64,000 nucleotides of DNA from the human T2T-CHM13v2.0 reference genome, Homo sapiens. Shown one piece after another: positions 17,801 through 38,468 of this stretch. The notes under the pieces were generated by a model. It was not told the origin of the DNA, searched no databases, and was given only the letters and a program-made list of their open reading frames with translations. The DNA is taken from NCBI RefSeq assembly GCF_009914755.1, contig NC_060935.1; one strand, 5' to 3'. Made by a program: the position numbers and the translations under genes. How positions within the stretch are numbered: position 1 is the stretch's first letter; each line of letters begins with the position of its first letter.

Positions 17801-17840
17801 AAAACTAATCAGAAAATAAATAAATAGCATGGCTGAACTA

Positions 17841-18134
<294 letters not shown>

Positions 18135-18969
18135 TTAAATGCAACAAATGACTACTATATAGTAGTCAATTTACATAGCGACAGAAACATGATCAAAGTG
18201 ATGTCTACTCAAGTAGAAGGCTCACTTAACTCCATGGCTCCTTGGTAAGTGATGGTGATAAAACACAATGTTCTACTAGTCTACATTTGGAAACTACTGT
18301 CAGGCAGTAAGTTTCTGTAAGGAAATTTGTTTGGACCCAGATTTGTTTCTGTAAGGAACACCTTTAGTCACTCTCCCAAAAGGAATGCAGGAACCACAGA
18401 AAATAAAGCAAAAGAGGATTTTTTCATTTATTATGGACTACCTGGGCCTTCTAAAGCAACCTGTCCTCCCAAGTTAATTATTACATAGAGAACAAGTAAT
18501 ACAGCTATCTTTGGCTACTTGGCAACTGAGGAACATGTTCCCTGGTAGGCAAAGTAAGAGAATTTTTCTCAGCAACAAGCGTACTCTTCCATATGTAAGG
18601 ACCAAACTGTCCCTTCTCTTGCCAGGATTTATCACTCTCTGAGTTAACTGCAACCCATTTGGCCACTTTGAAGCCAGCATTCTTCTGTAGATGATAAAAT
18701 CATGCAAGAGAAGGGAACAAATTTGAAATGGAACAGATGTGAAAGCTCAATCTCTGCCCTTCTTGCTTATTCAGCTCTTACTGTTCAACCCATCAGACTC
18801 TGGGAAAAGACTCATTTGTCTGTTCCTATTAACTTCTCTTTTCTGCAAAGCCAACCACATTAGCTGAATCAGTGTTAGAGATTGTTAAAGTAAAGCTAAG
18901 CAGAGACTATGGCCATCAACATGCAGACTTTGAGAGAGCACTGTCATCTATAATGATTATTATTTGTTT

Positions 18970-19279
18970 ATATTTATTTATTTATTTTAGAGACAGGGTC
19001 TCACTCTGTCACCCAGGCGAGAGTGCAGCGATGCTAGCTGTAACCTCAAACTCCTGGGCTCAAGAAATCCTCCTGCAGCAGTGATTCTCCAGCCTCAGCC
19101 TCTCAAGTGGCTAGGACTACAGGTGTGTGCTACCACACCTGACTAATTTTTATTTTTTGTAGAGATAGGGTCTCACTATGTTGCCCAGGCTGGTCTTGAA
19201 TTCCTGGCCTCAAGCAATCCTCCCACTTCGGTCTCCCAAAGTGCTGGGATTATAAGGTAGTCAGCCCCATGCCTGGTCC
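18970..19279 (-). mobile_element. AluJ
   Basis: Alu dimer. Confidence 0.88.
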
Positions 19280-19942
19280 AAAACTTTAAAAGAAATGTAA
19301 AATATAGTTATTGCTTGTTATAATGAAGATGAACGTCACTGGCAATGGAGAATGGAGATAAAGCTGTGACAGCTAAGGAATATCTTACAAATTAAACAGA
19401 TAGGTCCTGTATTGAAACAGAGTCTTGTGGAATTATGAGTAGTGAAGGAATGGGAAAGCATCATTTCGGGAAGATCCTTTTGGCAGTAGAAAGAAGAATA
19501 AAAAATGAAACAACTAAGAGACTGTTATAATTAGGGCTTGAAGTGATAAAGGCCAGACTATGTTGTTCCCATTAAATAACCAGAGGATGAACAAGAAACT
19601 CTATACGGGTGGGGGTAAGAGATCTGTGCAGTTGACTGTATGGTGTGAAATGCTGATTCCAAGTTGTCTAGCCTGGAAGACCAGAAACTCTGAGGTGTCC
19701 CTGACAAAAATGAAGTACCTAGGATAACAAGATTAAAAGGTTTGGGCCAGAGATTTAGGCTTGTGGATGAGTCTTCCACAGAGTAAGAAGAGCTTGGAAG
19801 AGGAATTGAGAATGGGAAGAGAAGAGGAGCTGCCTGAAGGAGCATGAGGAGAAGAATTTATGCGAGCTCGAACTACCAGGATGTTGTGGCACCCATCACT
19901 GAAGCTCTAAGGATAGAATTTCACTACTGTTGGGTTGATAAG

Positions 19943-20450
19943 TTCATTTATTCACTCATTTAATCATCTGTTCAACCAAATATTTATTGAGTACTATATG
20001 CAAAGACACTAGGAATACAGCAATGAACAAAACTGACAAAGGAAACATAACAAGCAAACATATGAAAATAAATCAGGTTGTAAAAAATGACATGAAAGAC
20101 AATGCAAAGTAGGAGAGGGAGAGGTATTATTAAGATGCAGAAGTCAGGAGGGCTTCTTGAGGCAAGTAACATTTGAGCAGAGACCTAAATAAAGTGAGGA
20201 AGTGATTCTTGGCCTGTTTAGGTGAGAATATTCCAGAATGAAAATACCAGTACAAAGGATGTGAGGCAGGAATATGCTTGGAGTGTCTGAGGATTAGCAT
20301 GAGCAGGGAGACCAGTTTGGTTGACAGAAGAGTGATAGGAAATAGGGGCTCAGAGCAGTAGCCAGAGGACGGATTCCGTTAGGCCTTGCAGGCCATGGTA
20401 AACACTGGGTTTTAGTTTCAGTGGTATGAGAAGTCACTGGAGGGTAGAGA
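19943..20450 (-). mobile_element. L2 fragment
   Basis: aaatatttattgagtactatatg...gaatacagcaatgaacaaaac, the antisense L2 3' end. Confidence 0.75.
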
Positions 20451-20786
20451 GGAAGGCATGGTTGAGGGTATGACTACAAGGTTGAGGAAAAGGAGGGCTG
20501 AGAAACAAACAGCCACTTTTGCAAGAAGGTGCTCACTAATTTCTTTGGAATGATTTCTGTAAATTGCTTTGGCAGACAGTAACTGAAGGGCTGGATCAGT
20601 AATGGGTGAGACATTTGGAAAAATTAGGTCATAAAAAAGAAGAAAGTGTGGGAAGTGGTTAAGAATAGTAGGATGAAGTGAATCTTTTAGAAAGAAAAGC
20701 TGAGCAAGTCCAAAGGTGAGGAAAAATGGTTAACTTTTGAAATATGTACAGCAGTATTTGCTCAAAATGTTTAATATTATCTGTCA

Positions 20787-21472
<686 letters not shown>

Positions 21473-22575
21473 TAACACAGATGTTTTAAATAACTATTCT
21501 ATTAAATGCTTAAATCAGCAAAAATGAAAACATAAACAAAACATAACAACCACAAAACAAAACCTAGTCTTCTTTCCCAGATCCAACAGGCCTTGAGTGG
21601 AACTATGTGACAAACCTCAGGAAGCAGCAGCAAAGCACCTTATAGCTTGTGAAGAGCTGGTATGTCTATGGTCTCACTTGTACCTAACCTAGGGCTGGCT
21701 CCGGGATAGACTTCTTTAGAATGGCTGACAAAGAAGCAGTGACATGTGTTTGCTCTATGAATGCTTTCGAGATGTGTCAATATTAACATTACATCTGCTT
21801 AAAAAATGATCAAAAGCACCCCCGAAGCCCAGTAAATTTCTGGAGTAGAATGATAATCAGCCGTTAAGGCTGCTTTAAGTTCAATTCATGAGGATGATAG
21901 TTTCTAACACTTATTATTACTGCATACCATGTACTCTTCAATGCACTTTATATATGAGACACTAAAATCTCATAATAATCATATCCATTTTACCAGTGAA
22001 GATATAAGGCACAGTGAAGTAACATGACTTGCCCCAAACCAGAGAGCTAGTAAATGATGTTTTAAACTTTCAGAGTATTTAAAACTACTCTTTCAAATTA
22101 AAAACAATTTTCTTGATTTTTAAATTTTTTTGATATTTTTCATAAAAATATTTTATGCTGATAAAACATAGAGAAACATGTAGAATATTCCTAGAAGAAG
22201 ACCTAGATTTATTACTGGCATTTTTTTAATACAACTACCAAATTTTACATTTATTTTGGAGTTAATTAACTTTAATTTGACATTCCTCCAGGGAAGTTAG
22301 TTGCATAGAGAAGTATGCCTGTTATTTTAGGTTTGTTCTTTCTATTCAACTTCCTATAGTCATTTCCAGGAAATTCTTATTTATTAAAGTATATTAAAAC
22401 AATCCTAGTGCTGAAGAACTGTATTAAGAAGTTATTATGGAAAAACATAATGTCTGAAATCAACAGAGGAAAGATATCACAGGGCTCCCTAAATAAAACC
22501 CAAATACACTGGCAGGAAGTAGCTAGAGTTTTTTTTGCCCTGGGAACATCTGCTTTCCTTAAAGCCAGAATCCTA

Positions 22576-22824
<249 letters not shown>

Positions 22825-24599
22825 TTATAACAGTTCATAAGGTCACAGGGGCCACAGTTAATCATAGATGAGATCAAAGGATTTCTCTAAAGAATATCGT
22901 ATGGTAGTACAGGCTTAGCAATCAGCAACTTACTCCTTTTTAACTGGCAACTGTGGGCTTGCTGTTGGATCCTTGAGAGTCTCAGTCACTTTATCAAAAT
23001 GGGTATTTTAGTAACAGCTAAAAATCAAAGCTGTTATTATATCAATTAGAAAATACAGGAAAAGGAGGCACTGTAGGTTTAGTGAATATTATTACAATTA
23101 GGGCATATAATAAAATCCATCACGATGTAAACATAAAACTCCAGATAATTTAACATTTCTTCTATGGCTTTAGGGTACTCTTTTTAAAGAGACAACAACT
23201 GAAATATGAGTGAACCTACAGCTTGGCCTTACACACAGAATGAGGATATAGCATGAATTAGGGACTCAGGAGAACTGCACTTTTCCTACTGCTCATTCCA
23301 GCCCATTACCTCCCCGCCAAAGCTGTTGCCTGGCTCACATACTCTCTAGAAGACTGCCCTGGGCTTCAAGGGCATTTTCTGGTAACCAAATTTGTGCAGG
23401 GAAAGATAAACACAAACCAAACCTCCTTCCTTTCAGGGACTTCCTGCTGGGTTTCAGCGTAAGAGTAAACTTAAGAGGTGATTAACAACAGAGGGAAGGA
23501 AAATGAACTCTGCAGGCATTTAGAAGGCACTTCATATATATTTAAGTTTGTTTAGTTCCAAAACCCCTGCTCTTTTTATAACACCAAATTGTCTTTCAAA
23601 AGAACTGAAAGTAAATCAAAATAAATGAAATGCCAAATTAACTGCCAATTAGCACTTCTGTTTTCCCCTCACTTTATGATTTTGTTTCCCAAAGTAATAT
23701 TCTACCTTGGAACCTCTGAAAAAAACTTGTATAACATTGCATTTTAAATTTTAATGATAATTTACATTGCCAAATTTCAGTTAGTGACTTGAGTCAACTT
23801 TCCAAAACTATTTCTGCCACCTCTAAAAGCTAAGGATGTTTCAAATTTTTAAAAATTCATAATTTTCCAAGAAAGAGTAGGTACCATTTTCAATAAACAT
23901 TTTTTGGCCCATTTTATTCTTTGGAATTGAGTTCATCTGTTTTCTGTGAGTAGAACTAAAGTTTCTGATAAGTTTTCTTTCGAAGCAATTTAATAAGCTG
24001 AGTGTCTTCTCCTGAAATGCTGGACACTGAAGATGATTACTAAGGTTATATAACTGTTACACAACAAAAGTTGGTTCATTTCTTAGGGACGTATACCAGA
24101 TATATAAGACATCTGGTAAAAATTACACGCTCAATACATGCTAATCTCCTTTTTGGTCTAGAACTGCATACCACGAAATGTAGTACCTGTGTAGTTAGAA
24201 GCTGGGTGGTTGTGATTTTGCCTTAAAGAGTCTCTGTGTACTACATGCCATCTGTAAGACCCTTTCAAGATAGGACTGTGTTACTGCTGCTGAGGTAACT
24301 GGCTATAACCTCAATTCTCCCTATTAAGTGGCTGTAAGTTGTGGCTATGAAGCAAAAATCAGGAGTTCTTTGAGGGTGCACAGGGATCATTGTTGGATTT
24401 CATTATGCCTATCTGCTCATTTAAGAAACAGTTACTGTCTACCTATGGGAAATCATGAACAAAATGTGTGTGGTTTTGTGAGTGCGTAAGCAGAAGCCAC
24501 ACACACTGAATCACAAGCTCCTTCTATACTCTGCATGAAGACACTTGGGACATGGATTACACACTTTTTCCTCCTTCATTTTTTAGTCCTTTACTGTAA

Positions 24600-25015
<416 letters not shown>

Positions 25016-25402
25016 TGAAAGAGATTTTAAAGGCACTAAATTCAAATGAGATAAAACTGTAATTCTCAACTGCCTTTACCATGAGTATACTCAGGGCAGT
25101 ACCATTTCTTACAAATGCAGCATAACATAATCAATGGCAACTCTAAAAATGTTGAAGTCTTGAAATTATATTCATATAGATAAACTCCAAAAAACTGAGC
25201 TTTTAACAAATCCTTATCAGATTCTCACAAAGTACTTTTAGGATAATCAGCATGCCAAAAAAGTTATTAATTAAACATCTTTTATTAAAACTTAACAGAG
25301 ATGTACAGGAATCTGAGGGTGTAATGAAGCCCCACCTTTCTTCAGTATTTTTCACACTGATGGTGTATATTTGCTTTCCTTGGCACATTTGAGTTGACAT
25401 TA

Positions 25403-26224
<822 letters not shown>

Positions 26225-28780
26225 TCATGTTTATGCACAAACTAAAAGTTGAATATGCAAAAACTAATCTAAATAGTTTGAGCAAAAGTGGGACTATATA
26301 TGTTCCAAGGAAGAAAAACGGTGCAAGACAGAGTGACAGTGGCCCAAAGGGTCAGAACCCACAGCCTGTTTACTAGGTGAGCATTACAGCAGGGTGAAGT
26401 GACTATAGTACAAACACTTGGTGGCAAGACAGACACAAACGGCTATGGCATCTGTGATAGTGGCAGTAGTCTTAGTAAACAGAGAAAATAAGTGCCTGCA
26501 GATAAAATGATCTCCTGATATGTGCGTTAGAAATCATTAACCCCCAAATACTTAAAATATTATTCTTTTTCTAGACATGCAGTTTGCCTTCTTTCTTTGT
26601 GGTTTCTTGCTTTGTCTGGTCAACCACAAGCAGGGAGCACTGTGTCCCTCAGTGAGGATGGGCAGGGCCATTCCACTGATGGGTGTTCTCAGGACCAGCA
26701 GAGGGCAGTATCACTTTATTCTGCCTAGACTCCATCATGGCTTGATCTACAAATTGCAAAAATGGAACTTTGCAGTCAGCTTGGGCTAGAAAGTGGGTGG
26801 TAAGGTAAATATTTCAGGTGTTCACTGTGCATTTGAGAGAATCTATAAAGAAAGAGAACTGTTCAGGGTCATATGGTAAGATGAGTAGAACAGATGGGAA
26901 CAGAAATAAAGCTTTCCATTACTCTACGTTGTTTCTGTAAGATACAAAATGAACATATTTTACAAAACAAACCTGTAATATAATTATGTAGGGAAAGATG
27001 TAATGAGACTTTAGGGTTTCAAATTCAGTATAACCTGGGACAGTAGCAGTAATTTTAGTAAACAGAGAAAATAAGCATCTATGGATAAAACTATCTTCTG
27101 ATTGTGATAATTTATTTAAAAAAATTTTTTTTATTATTTTGTGTTTATTTTATTTTTTTGATTCTAATAATTTCTCTGGTTTGAAGAAAAACTTTCCCAA
27201 GACAAGATGGTTTTACAAATTGGTCTGTATACTAGCATCATAATCTTTTAATATTGCACAAAGATGAGATTTAACTCATACTGAGGGTGTGAGATGGTGG
27301 TGCTGGTTGGGAATGCTTTTGTCAAATCACATCTCTCTTTCATTCTCTTCAATTCTGGCAACAATATTTACATTTCATAATAATTTTTAAGATTCTGTCC
27401 TAAAAAAAAAAGTGGTATTGTGCCATGCAATTTTATGAGATGTTTAAGAATGTGTTGACTTCCTTCTTTATCTAGAAAAAACAGCCCGTGAAGGTACTAG
27501 ATTAAGCAATGCCATTCATTTTCCACAAAGCTTTCAAAGGAAACCCAGCATGGGACAGGATATGAAGAATAAACTCATGGGGCTCACCAACCAGCAGGCC
27601 AGATTCAAATCCAAATAAAGGATGCAAATCATCTGAGAGATGAGATGGTTAAGGGAAAGGTTAAGATATCAGCATGAGGGGCCTGTTGAAGGCCTGTCTG
27701 GCTAGACATGTTAGTTCCCCAAGCTCAAGGCTCTCGTTTGGGAGCTCAGGGAAAACCAGATTTCAGGAAAGAAGGCTAGCTGGCAGGTCTTTTCCATAAA
27801 CATGTAATGGTCTTAAAGAATAATAGAGAGATTCATTGTCTAAATTGCTGGAGATTTCCTATCTAGTTCTGGTCCCTGGAATATAAGTGTACCTAACTAA
27901 CTGCACAATTCAGGGATGGTGCTAGCAAGTCCTCCTGTGATTCTGCTCTGGCCTGACCAAGTCCAGATATTAAATCACTTTAATAATTAATTTTAGAGCA
28001 TTTTCTGATGAAATTGGGAGTCTTTCTTTTGCTTAGTCTTGAGAGACAAACAAAAGGAAGACAGGAATAGAAAAAATTGTATCCAAAACCTGGCTTTATC
28101 AAATCTTAAACATATTTGCTTTGTCCCTCCCTCTCTCTCTTTTTTTTTTTTTTTAAAGAAAGGACATACAATACATACAAGTCCACTGTATACTTCTCCT
28201 GATTCTATTTCTCTCCTATCCTAGAGGTAACCATGATCATGAATTACATATTATCATTCCCATTTTGTTTTTTACCTGTGTATGTCCATAAAGAATACAT
28301 AAGTTATATTGCAGGTTTTATTCTATCCCTTATTGATGCTTTTCATGTATATAACTCATATTTCATCTATTTATGTGACATCTAACAACTATATAATTAA
28401 TCAGGAACAAAACACAACTGGCTTATGTAAACATACAACTCAGTTAGCAGGAGCAGAAAGAGAATGGCCTATAAGCAATGAGTATTTAGGATATTATGCT
28501 CATTAGTTAGTGGGATTTACAGAATAGTGAGTAATCCATTTAGTTAAATGGGATGACTATAAGCATCTTCTACAGTTTTTCCTGTTTTACTACCTGATAC
28601 TCAGATTGAACAGTACAAGTATCCTTAAACTCAGAATGGTCTATAACCCTTCTAGATTGCTCAGATCAAGGCATACAATTTCTGCACGAGAGGTATATTC
28701 ATCCACCAGCATTGTCCAGTATTCACTTGATGTGCCAGATTCTATAAATGTCAGTAGTTGGGATGAATGGATTGAAGTCC

Positions 28781-29516
28781 TTTTTTATCAAGACATAGTC
28801 TCGCCTTGTGACCCAGGCTGGAGTGTAGTGGCACAAACAAGGCTCACTGCAGTCTTGACCTCCTGGGCTCAAGCAATCCTCTTGCCTCAGCCTCCTGTGT
28901 AACTGGGACCACAGGCACACACCACCATGCCTGGCTAATTTCTGTATTTTTTGTAGAGATGGGGCCTCACTTTGTTGCCTAGGCTGGTATCAAACTCCTG
29001 GGCTCAAGTGATCCTCCCGCCTCGGCCACCCAAAGTTCTAGGATTAATGCCATGAGCCACCAGGCCCAGTTGAACTCTGTTTTTAAACCATTTAGCCTTC
29101 TAATGATTCTGTGTCTTAAGTTGTTTAGTAAATATTAAGAGTTCAGAGGATAAATCAATTTCTTTCCTTTGTGGTCCAGAAATTGGTAGACATCAAATCC
29201 AAGACTGTTGTCAAGTCCTTTGCCTGGGTTTGGTGGTCTCAAAAATATAAGATATAATCTAAATTCTCCCAATCCTCCCCATTTTTGGCCAGTTTTTATT
29301 TATTTTTTTTTTTGAGACAGGGTCTCACCTGCTGCCCAGGCTACAGTGCAGTTGGCACAATCTTGGTTCACTGCAGTCTCAACCTCTGGGGCTCAAGTGA
29401 TCCTCCCACCTCAGCCTCCTGAGTAGCTGAGACTACAGGTGTGCATTACCATGCCTGGCTAATTATTAAACAAAATTTTTGTAGAGATAGGGGTCTCACT
29501 ATGATGCCTAGGCTGG
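28781..29516 (-). mobile_element. Two AluJ copies (28781-29069 and a partial one at 29293-29516)
   Basis: Alu consensus matches. Confidence 0.88.
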
Positions 29517-29792
29517 ACAACTTTATACAAGTAGTACAATGTTGTGTTTCATTCTGCAACTTGGTTTTTCATGCATTATGTTGTTAGATTTATTCAGGTA
29601 ATGAGAATTATCTGACAACTAGAAATATCTCTGTAAAAAATATTTAAAATAAGAAAAAATTATTATAACCAACCTGTACTGAGTATAATACATTCTCAGT
29701 ATAAATATTTACTGATTCAGTTAGTCCTCACAACAATCTTATGACCCACTGAGATAAGTACCATTATTTCTCCTGTTTAAAAATGAGGAAAA

Positions 29793-30150
<358 letters not shown>

Positions 30151-30604
30151 TCAAGGGAACACTGATAGGGAGTGACAGAGCCAGAGATGGGATTTGAACC
30201 CAGCCAGTTTGGCTTATAGAGTCTTGTTTTTCAACTACTGCACAATTTAACTATTGTATGGAATTCCATGGTATGAATATACAGCATTTTCTTGTTTCTG
30301 TTAATAGACATTTGTATTATTTCCAACTGTTTGCTATTATAAACACTGATGCATAAATATCATCATATATTTCAACTGCCAACTATTAATTATTGGTTTC
30401 AGTACCATTTAGTAGGGCCTGGAAGTACTTGACACGGGTCCCAGTAAATGTGGTAATTCTCATTGTTATCTATACCAATAAGCATTTTGGGGTTATTGCA
30501 TATTGGTTATTTTTCTAATAAGAAATTATTTCATGCAAATATTTTGCAAATCCACTATTTCAAAAAATTAACAATAATTCTTTAATATCAGGAAGTCCTA
30601 GCCT

Positions 30605-32532
30605 TAAACAATCTTAAAATTCATATGGAAACACATAAGACCCTGAATAGCCAAAGCAATCCTGAGGAAAAAAAAACAAAGCTGGAAGCATCACACTATC
30701 TGACTTCAAAATATACTATAAGGCTATAGTAGCCAAAACAGCATGGTACTGCCATAAAAACAGACTCATTGACTAAAAAAACAGAATAGGGAACCCATAA
30801 ATAAATCTATGTATGCATAGCCAACTGATTTTCCACAAAGGTGCCAAGAACAGATACTGGGGAAATAACAGTCTCTTCAATAAATGGTGTTGGGAAAACT
30901 GGATATCCATATGCAGGAAAATGAGACTAGACCTCCATCTCTCACCATATACAAAAATCAAATCAAAATGAATTAAAGACTTCAATGTAAGACGTGAAAC
31001 TATGAAACTACTAGAAGAAAATATTGGGGAAATGCTGCAGGACATTGGTCTGGGCAAAGATTTCTTGGGCAAGACCTCAAAAAGCACAGGCAACAAAAGC
31101 AAAAATAGACAAATGGGATTACATCAAGTTAAAAAGCTTCTCCATAGCAAAGGAAACAATTAGCAAACTAAAGAAACAACATACAAAATGGGAGAAAATA
31201 TTTACAAACTATCCATCCATCCAACAAGGGATTAATAACCAGAGTATACAAGGAATGCAAGCAACTCAATAGCAAACAAACAAACAAAAAAAGGGCAAAT
31301 GATTGAGCAGACATTTCTTAAAAGAAGACATAAAAATGGTCGACAGGCATATTAAAAAATGCTCAGCATCACTAAACATCAGGGAAATGTAAATCAAAAC
31401 CACAATGAGATGGGTACAAAAAAATAGAATAAGACCTAGTATTTGATAGCACAACAGGGTGACTACAGTAATTAATGGTTTAATTGTACATTTAAAAATA
31501 ACTAAAAGGGTATATAATTGGATTGTTTGTAACACAAAGGATAAATGCTTGTGGGGATGGATACCCCATTTTCCATAAAGTGATTATTACATAATGCATG
31601 CTTGTATCAAAACATTTCATGTACCCCATAAATATATACACCTACTATGTACCCACAAAAATTACAAATTAAAAAACACAAGGAGATATTATCTCGTCCC
31701 AGTTAAATTGAAAAACACAAGGAGATATTATCTTGTCCCAGTTAAAGTGGCTATTATAAAAAAAAGAAAAAGTAACAGATGCCGGTAAGGACACAGAGAA
31801 TGGAGAATGCTTGTACACTGCTGATGGGAATATAAATGAGTATAGCCATTATGCAAAAACAGTAGTGAGATTCCTTAAAAAACTAACAGTAGATCTACCA
31901 TACCACTGCTGGATATATATCCAAAAGGAAGAAAACTAGTATATCAAAGAGATTACATTTATTATAGCGCTATTCACAATGGCCACGATATGGAATAAAC
32001 CTAAATGTCCATCAACAGATGAGTGGATAAAGGAAACATGGTATATATACATAGTGGAATAATATTCAGCCATAAAAAAGAATGAAATCCTGTCATTTGC
32101 AGCAACATGGATGGAACTGGAGGTCATTATGTTAAACAAAATAAGCCAGGCACAGGATAAATATCACATTTTCACACATATCTGGGAGCAAAAAAAGTTC
32201 ATCTAATGGAAGTAGAGAGTAGGATGATGGTTCCAAGAAGCTGGGAAGGGCTACTGGGAAGGGGGAATAAACAGAGGTTGGTAAATGGGTACAGAAATAC
32301 ATTTAGAAGGAATAAGTTCTAGTGTTTGACAGCACAGCAGGTGATTACAGTTAACAATAATTTATTGTATATTTCAGAATAGCTAGATTTGAAATGTTCC
32401 CAACACAAAGAAATGACAAATGTTTGAGGTGATGGATATTCTAATTACCCTGATTTGACCATTACACACCGTATACATGTATCAAAATATCACTTGTACC
32501 CCATAAAAATGTATACTTATGTAACAATAAAA
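30605..32532 (+). mobile_element. L1MA-like ORF2 3' part and 3' UTR, with a nested L1 3'-end fragment at about 31412-31676
   Basis: ORF2 remnant [20 protein letters not shown]; nested piece flanked by acaatgagat and acaaggagat. Confidence 0.88.
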
Positions 32533-32601
32533 ATTCTTTAATATCAAATATCTAGTCATTGTTCAAATTTACAATTGTTTTTTAAATGTAAAAAAGTTGT
32601 T

Positions 32602-33121
<520 letters not shown>

Positions 33122-33688
33122 TCAGTCTGACTGCATCCCAGTGGTGACATCTGACACATTTCTTTTGTCCTCTGTGTTTTCCTACAAATTAGTAGTTGAA
33201 TCTAGATGCTTGATCAGACTCAGGCTTGTTTGGCAAGAGTACTTCAGACAGTACTAGCCTGAGGGGTAGCACTCACCGGGCACATCTGTTTGTCTCTCCT
33301 TTTGTTATGTTAGAGGATGTTGATTGTCAATGCCCAGATTTGTTAATATTAGAAGTTGTAAAATTGTGATATTCTAATTCTAGCATTACTTCCTCACTCA
33401 TTAGTTAGAGTACTTCGATCAAGAGAAACTTTCCCTTATCAACTGTTGGTGAACCACAGGCATAGCCTGTATTAGAAAAGCAGGATAAATATTTGATTCT
33501 ATCCCTTTGTTTAACAATTTTAAAAGCAATAAGTTGTTTTTCTAGTGTCTACCACAGGTAACCAATTAGTTTGGTTTTTAAAAATTAATATCTCTATCAA
33601 CCCATAAATTTTAAAACATATTCGATTCACTATTAAATTATTCTTAAATCTGTTTAGAAACAAACCCTCCCAAAAAATCTATCCATAA

Positions 33689-36885
<3,197 letters not shown>

Positions 36886-37130
36886 AGTCTAAATACGTGA
36901 ACAGAGATTTCACCAGAGATGATATATTGATAGCAAATACAAACATGCAAAGATACTCAATATTATTAGTCATTAGGGAAATGAAAATGAAAATCACAAT
37001 AACCTACTACTTCATATCTACAAGAATGGCTAAAATGACAAACACTGACGTGTGGATCGGAGGAACTGGAACTCTCATACACTGCTGAAAAGAATATAAA
37101 ATGGCAGTACTATGGAAAAAATGTATTTTT

Positions 37131-37725
<595 letters not shown>

Positions 37726-38164
37726 TTATAGTCATTCACCACAGTCTGAGAATTCAAAAGATATGTTATGGAAACAAAGCTAAGAAGATTATGGTGTATG
37801 CTGCTAACTTCATTTCAGGGCAGCTCTAGCACATGAAAGTAAGAAGATCCACTTAATATGTATTTAGTAAACAGAAGCAGCAGCCAGGGGCTCAAGGGAT
37901 AGTGGGGGCAGCAGCATAGTTGCACAAGGTCATGGTACAACAGCAGGAAACCCACATAGGCAGACATAGATAACTGGGAAATAGAAGTATCTGCCTAGGT
38001 AGAGGAACAGTGAGCAGTTTTAGGGATCTGCATGAGCAGTGAGGAGGCATATACCTAGAAAGTTGGCTATTATTTAGCTCCAAAGAGCTTTCATTTAGTA
38101 GTTCAGCACTATATTAGGATTTAAAGAAAAGACAAAAGTAAGTCCCTTGAAAGAGCATATTTCT

Positions 38165-38468
38165 GGCCGGGCACGGTGGCTCACGCCTGTAATCCCAGCA
38201 CTTTGGGAGGCCGAGGCGGGTGGATCACCTGAGGTCAGGAGTTCGAGACCAGACTGGCCAACATGGTGACACCCCGTCTCTACTAAAAATACAAAAATTA
38301 GCCGGGCCTGGTGGCAGGCGCATGTAATCTCAGCTACTCGGGAGGCTGAGGCAAGAGAATCGCTTGAACCCGTGGTCTCTCAAGAGATGGAGGCTGCAGT
38401 GAGCCGAGATTGAGCCACTACACTCCAGTCTGGGAGACAAGAGCAAGACTTTGTCTCAAAAAAAAAAG
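38165..38468 (+). mobile_element. AluS, CpG-rich
   Basis: TSD aaagagcatatttct. Confidence 0.93.
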
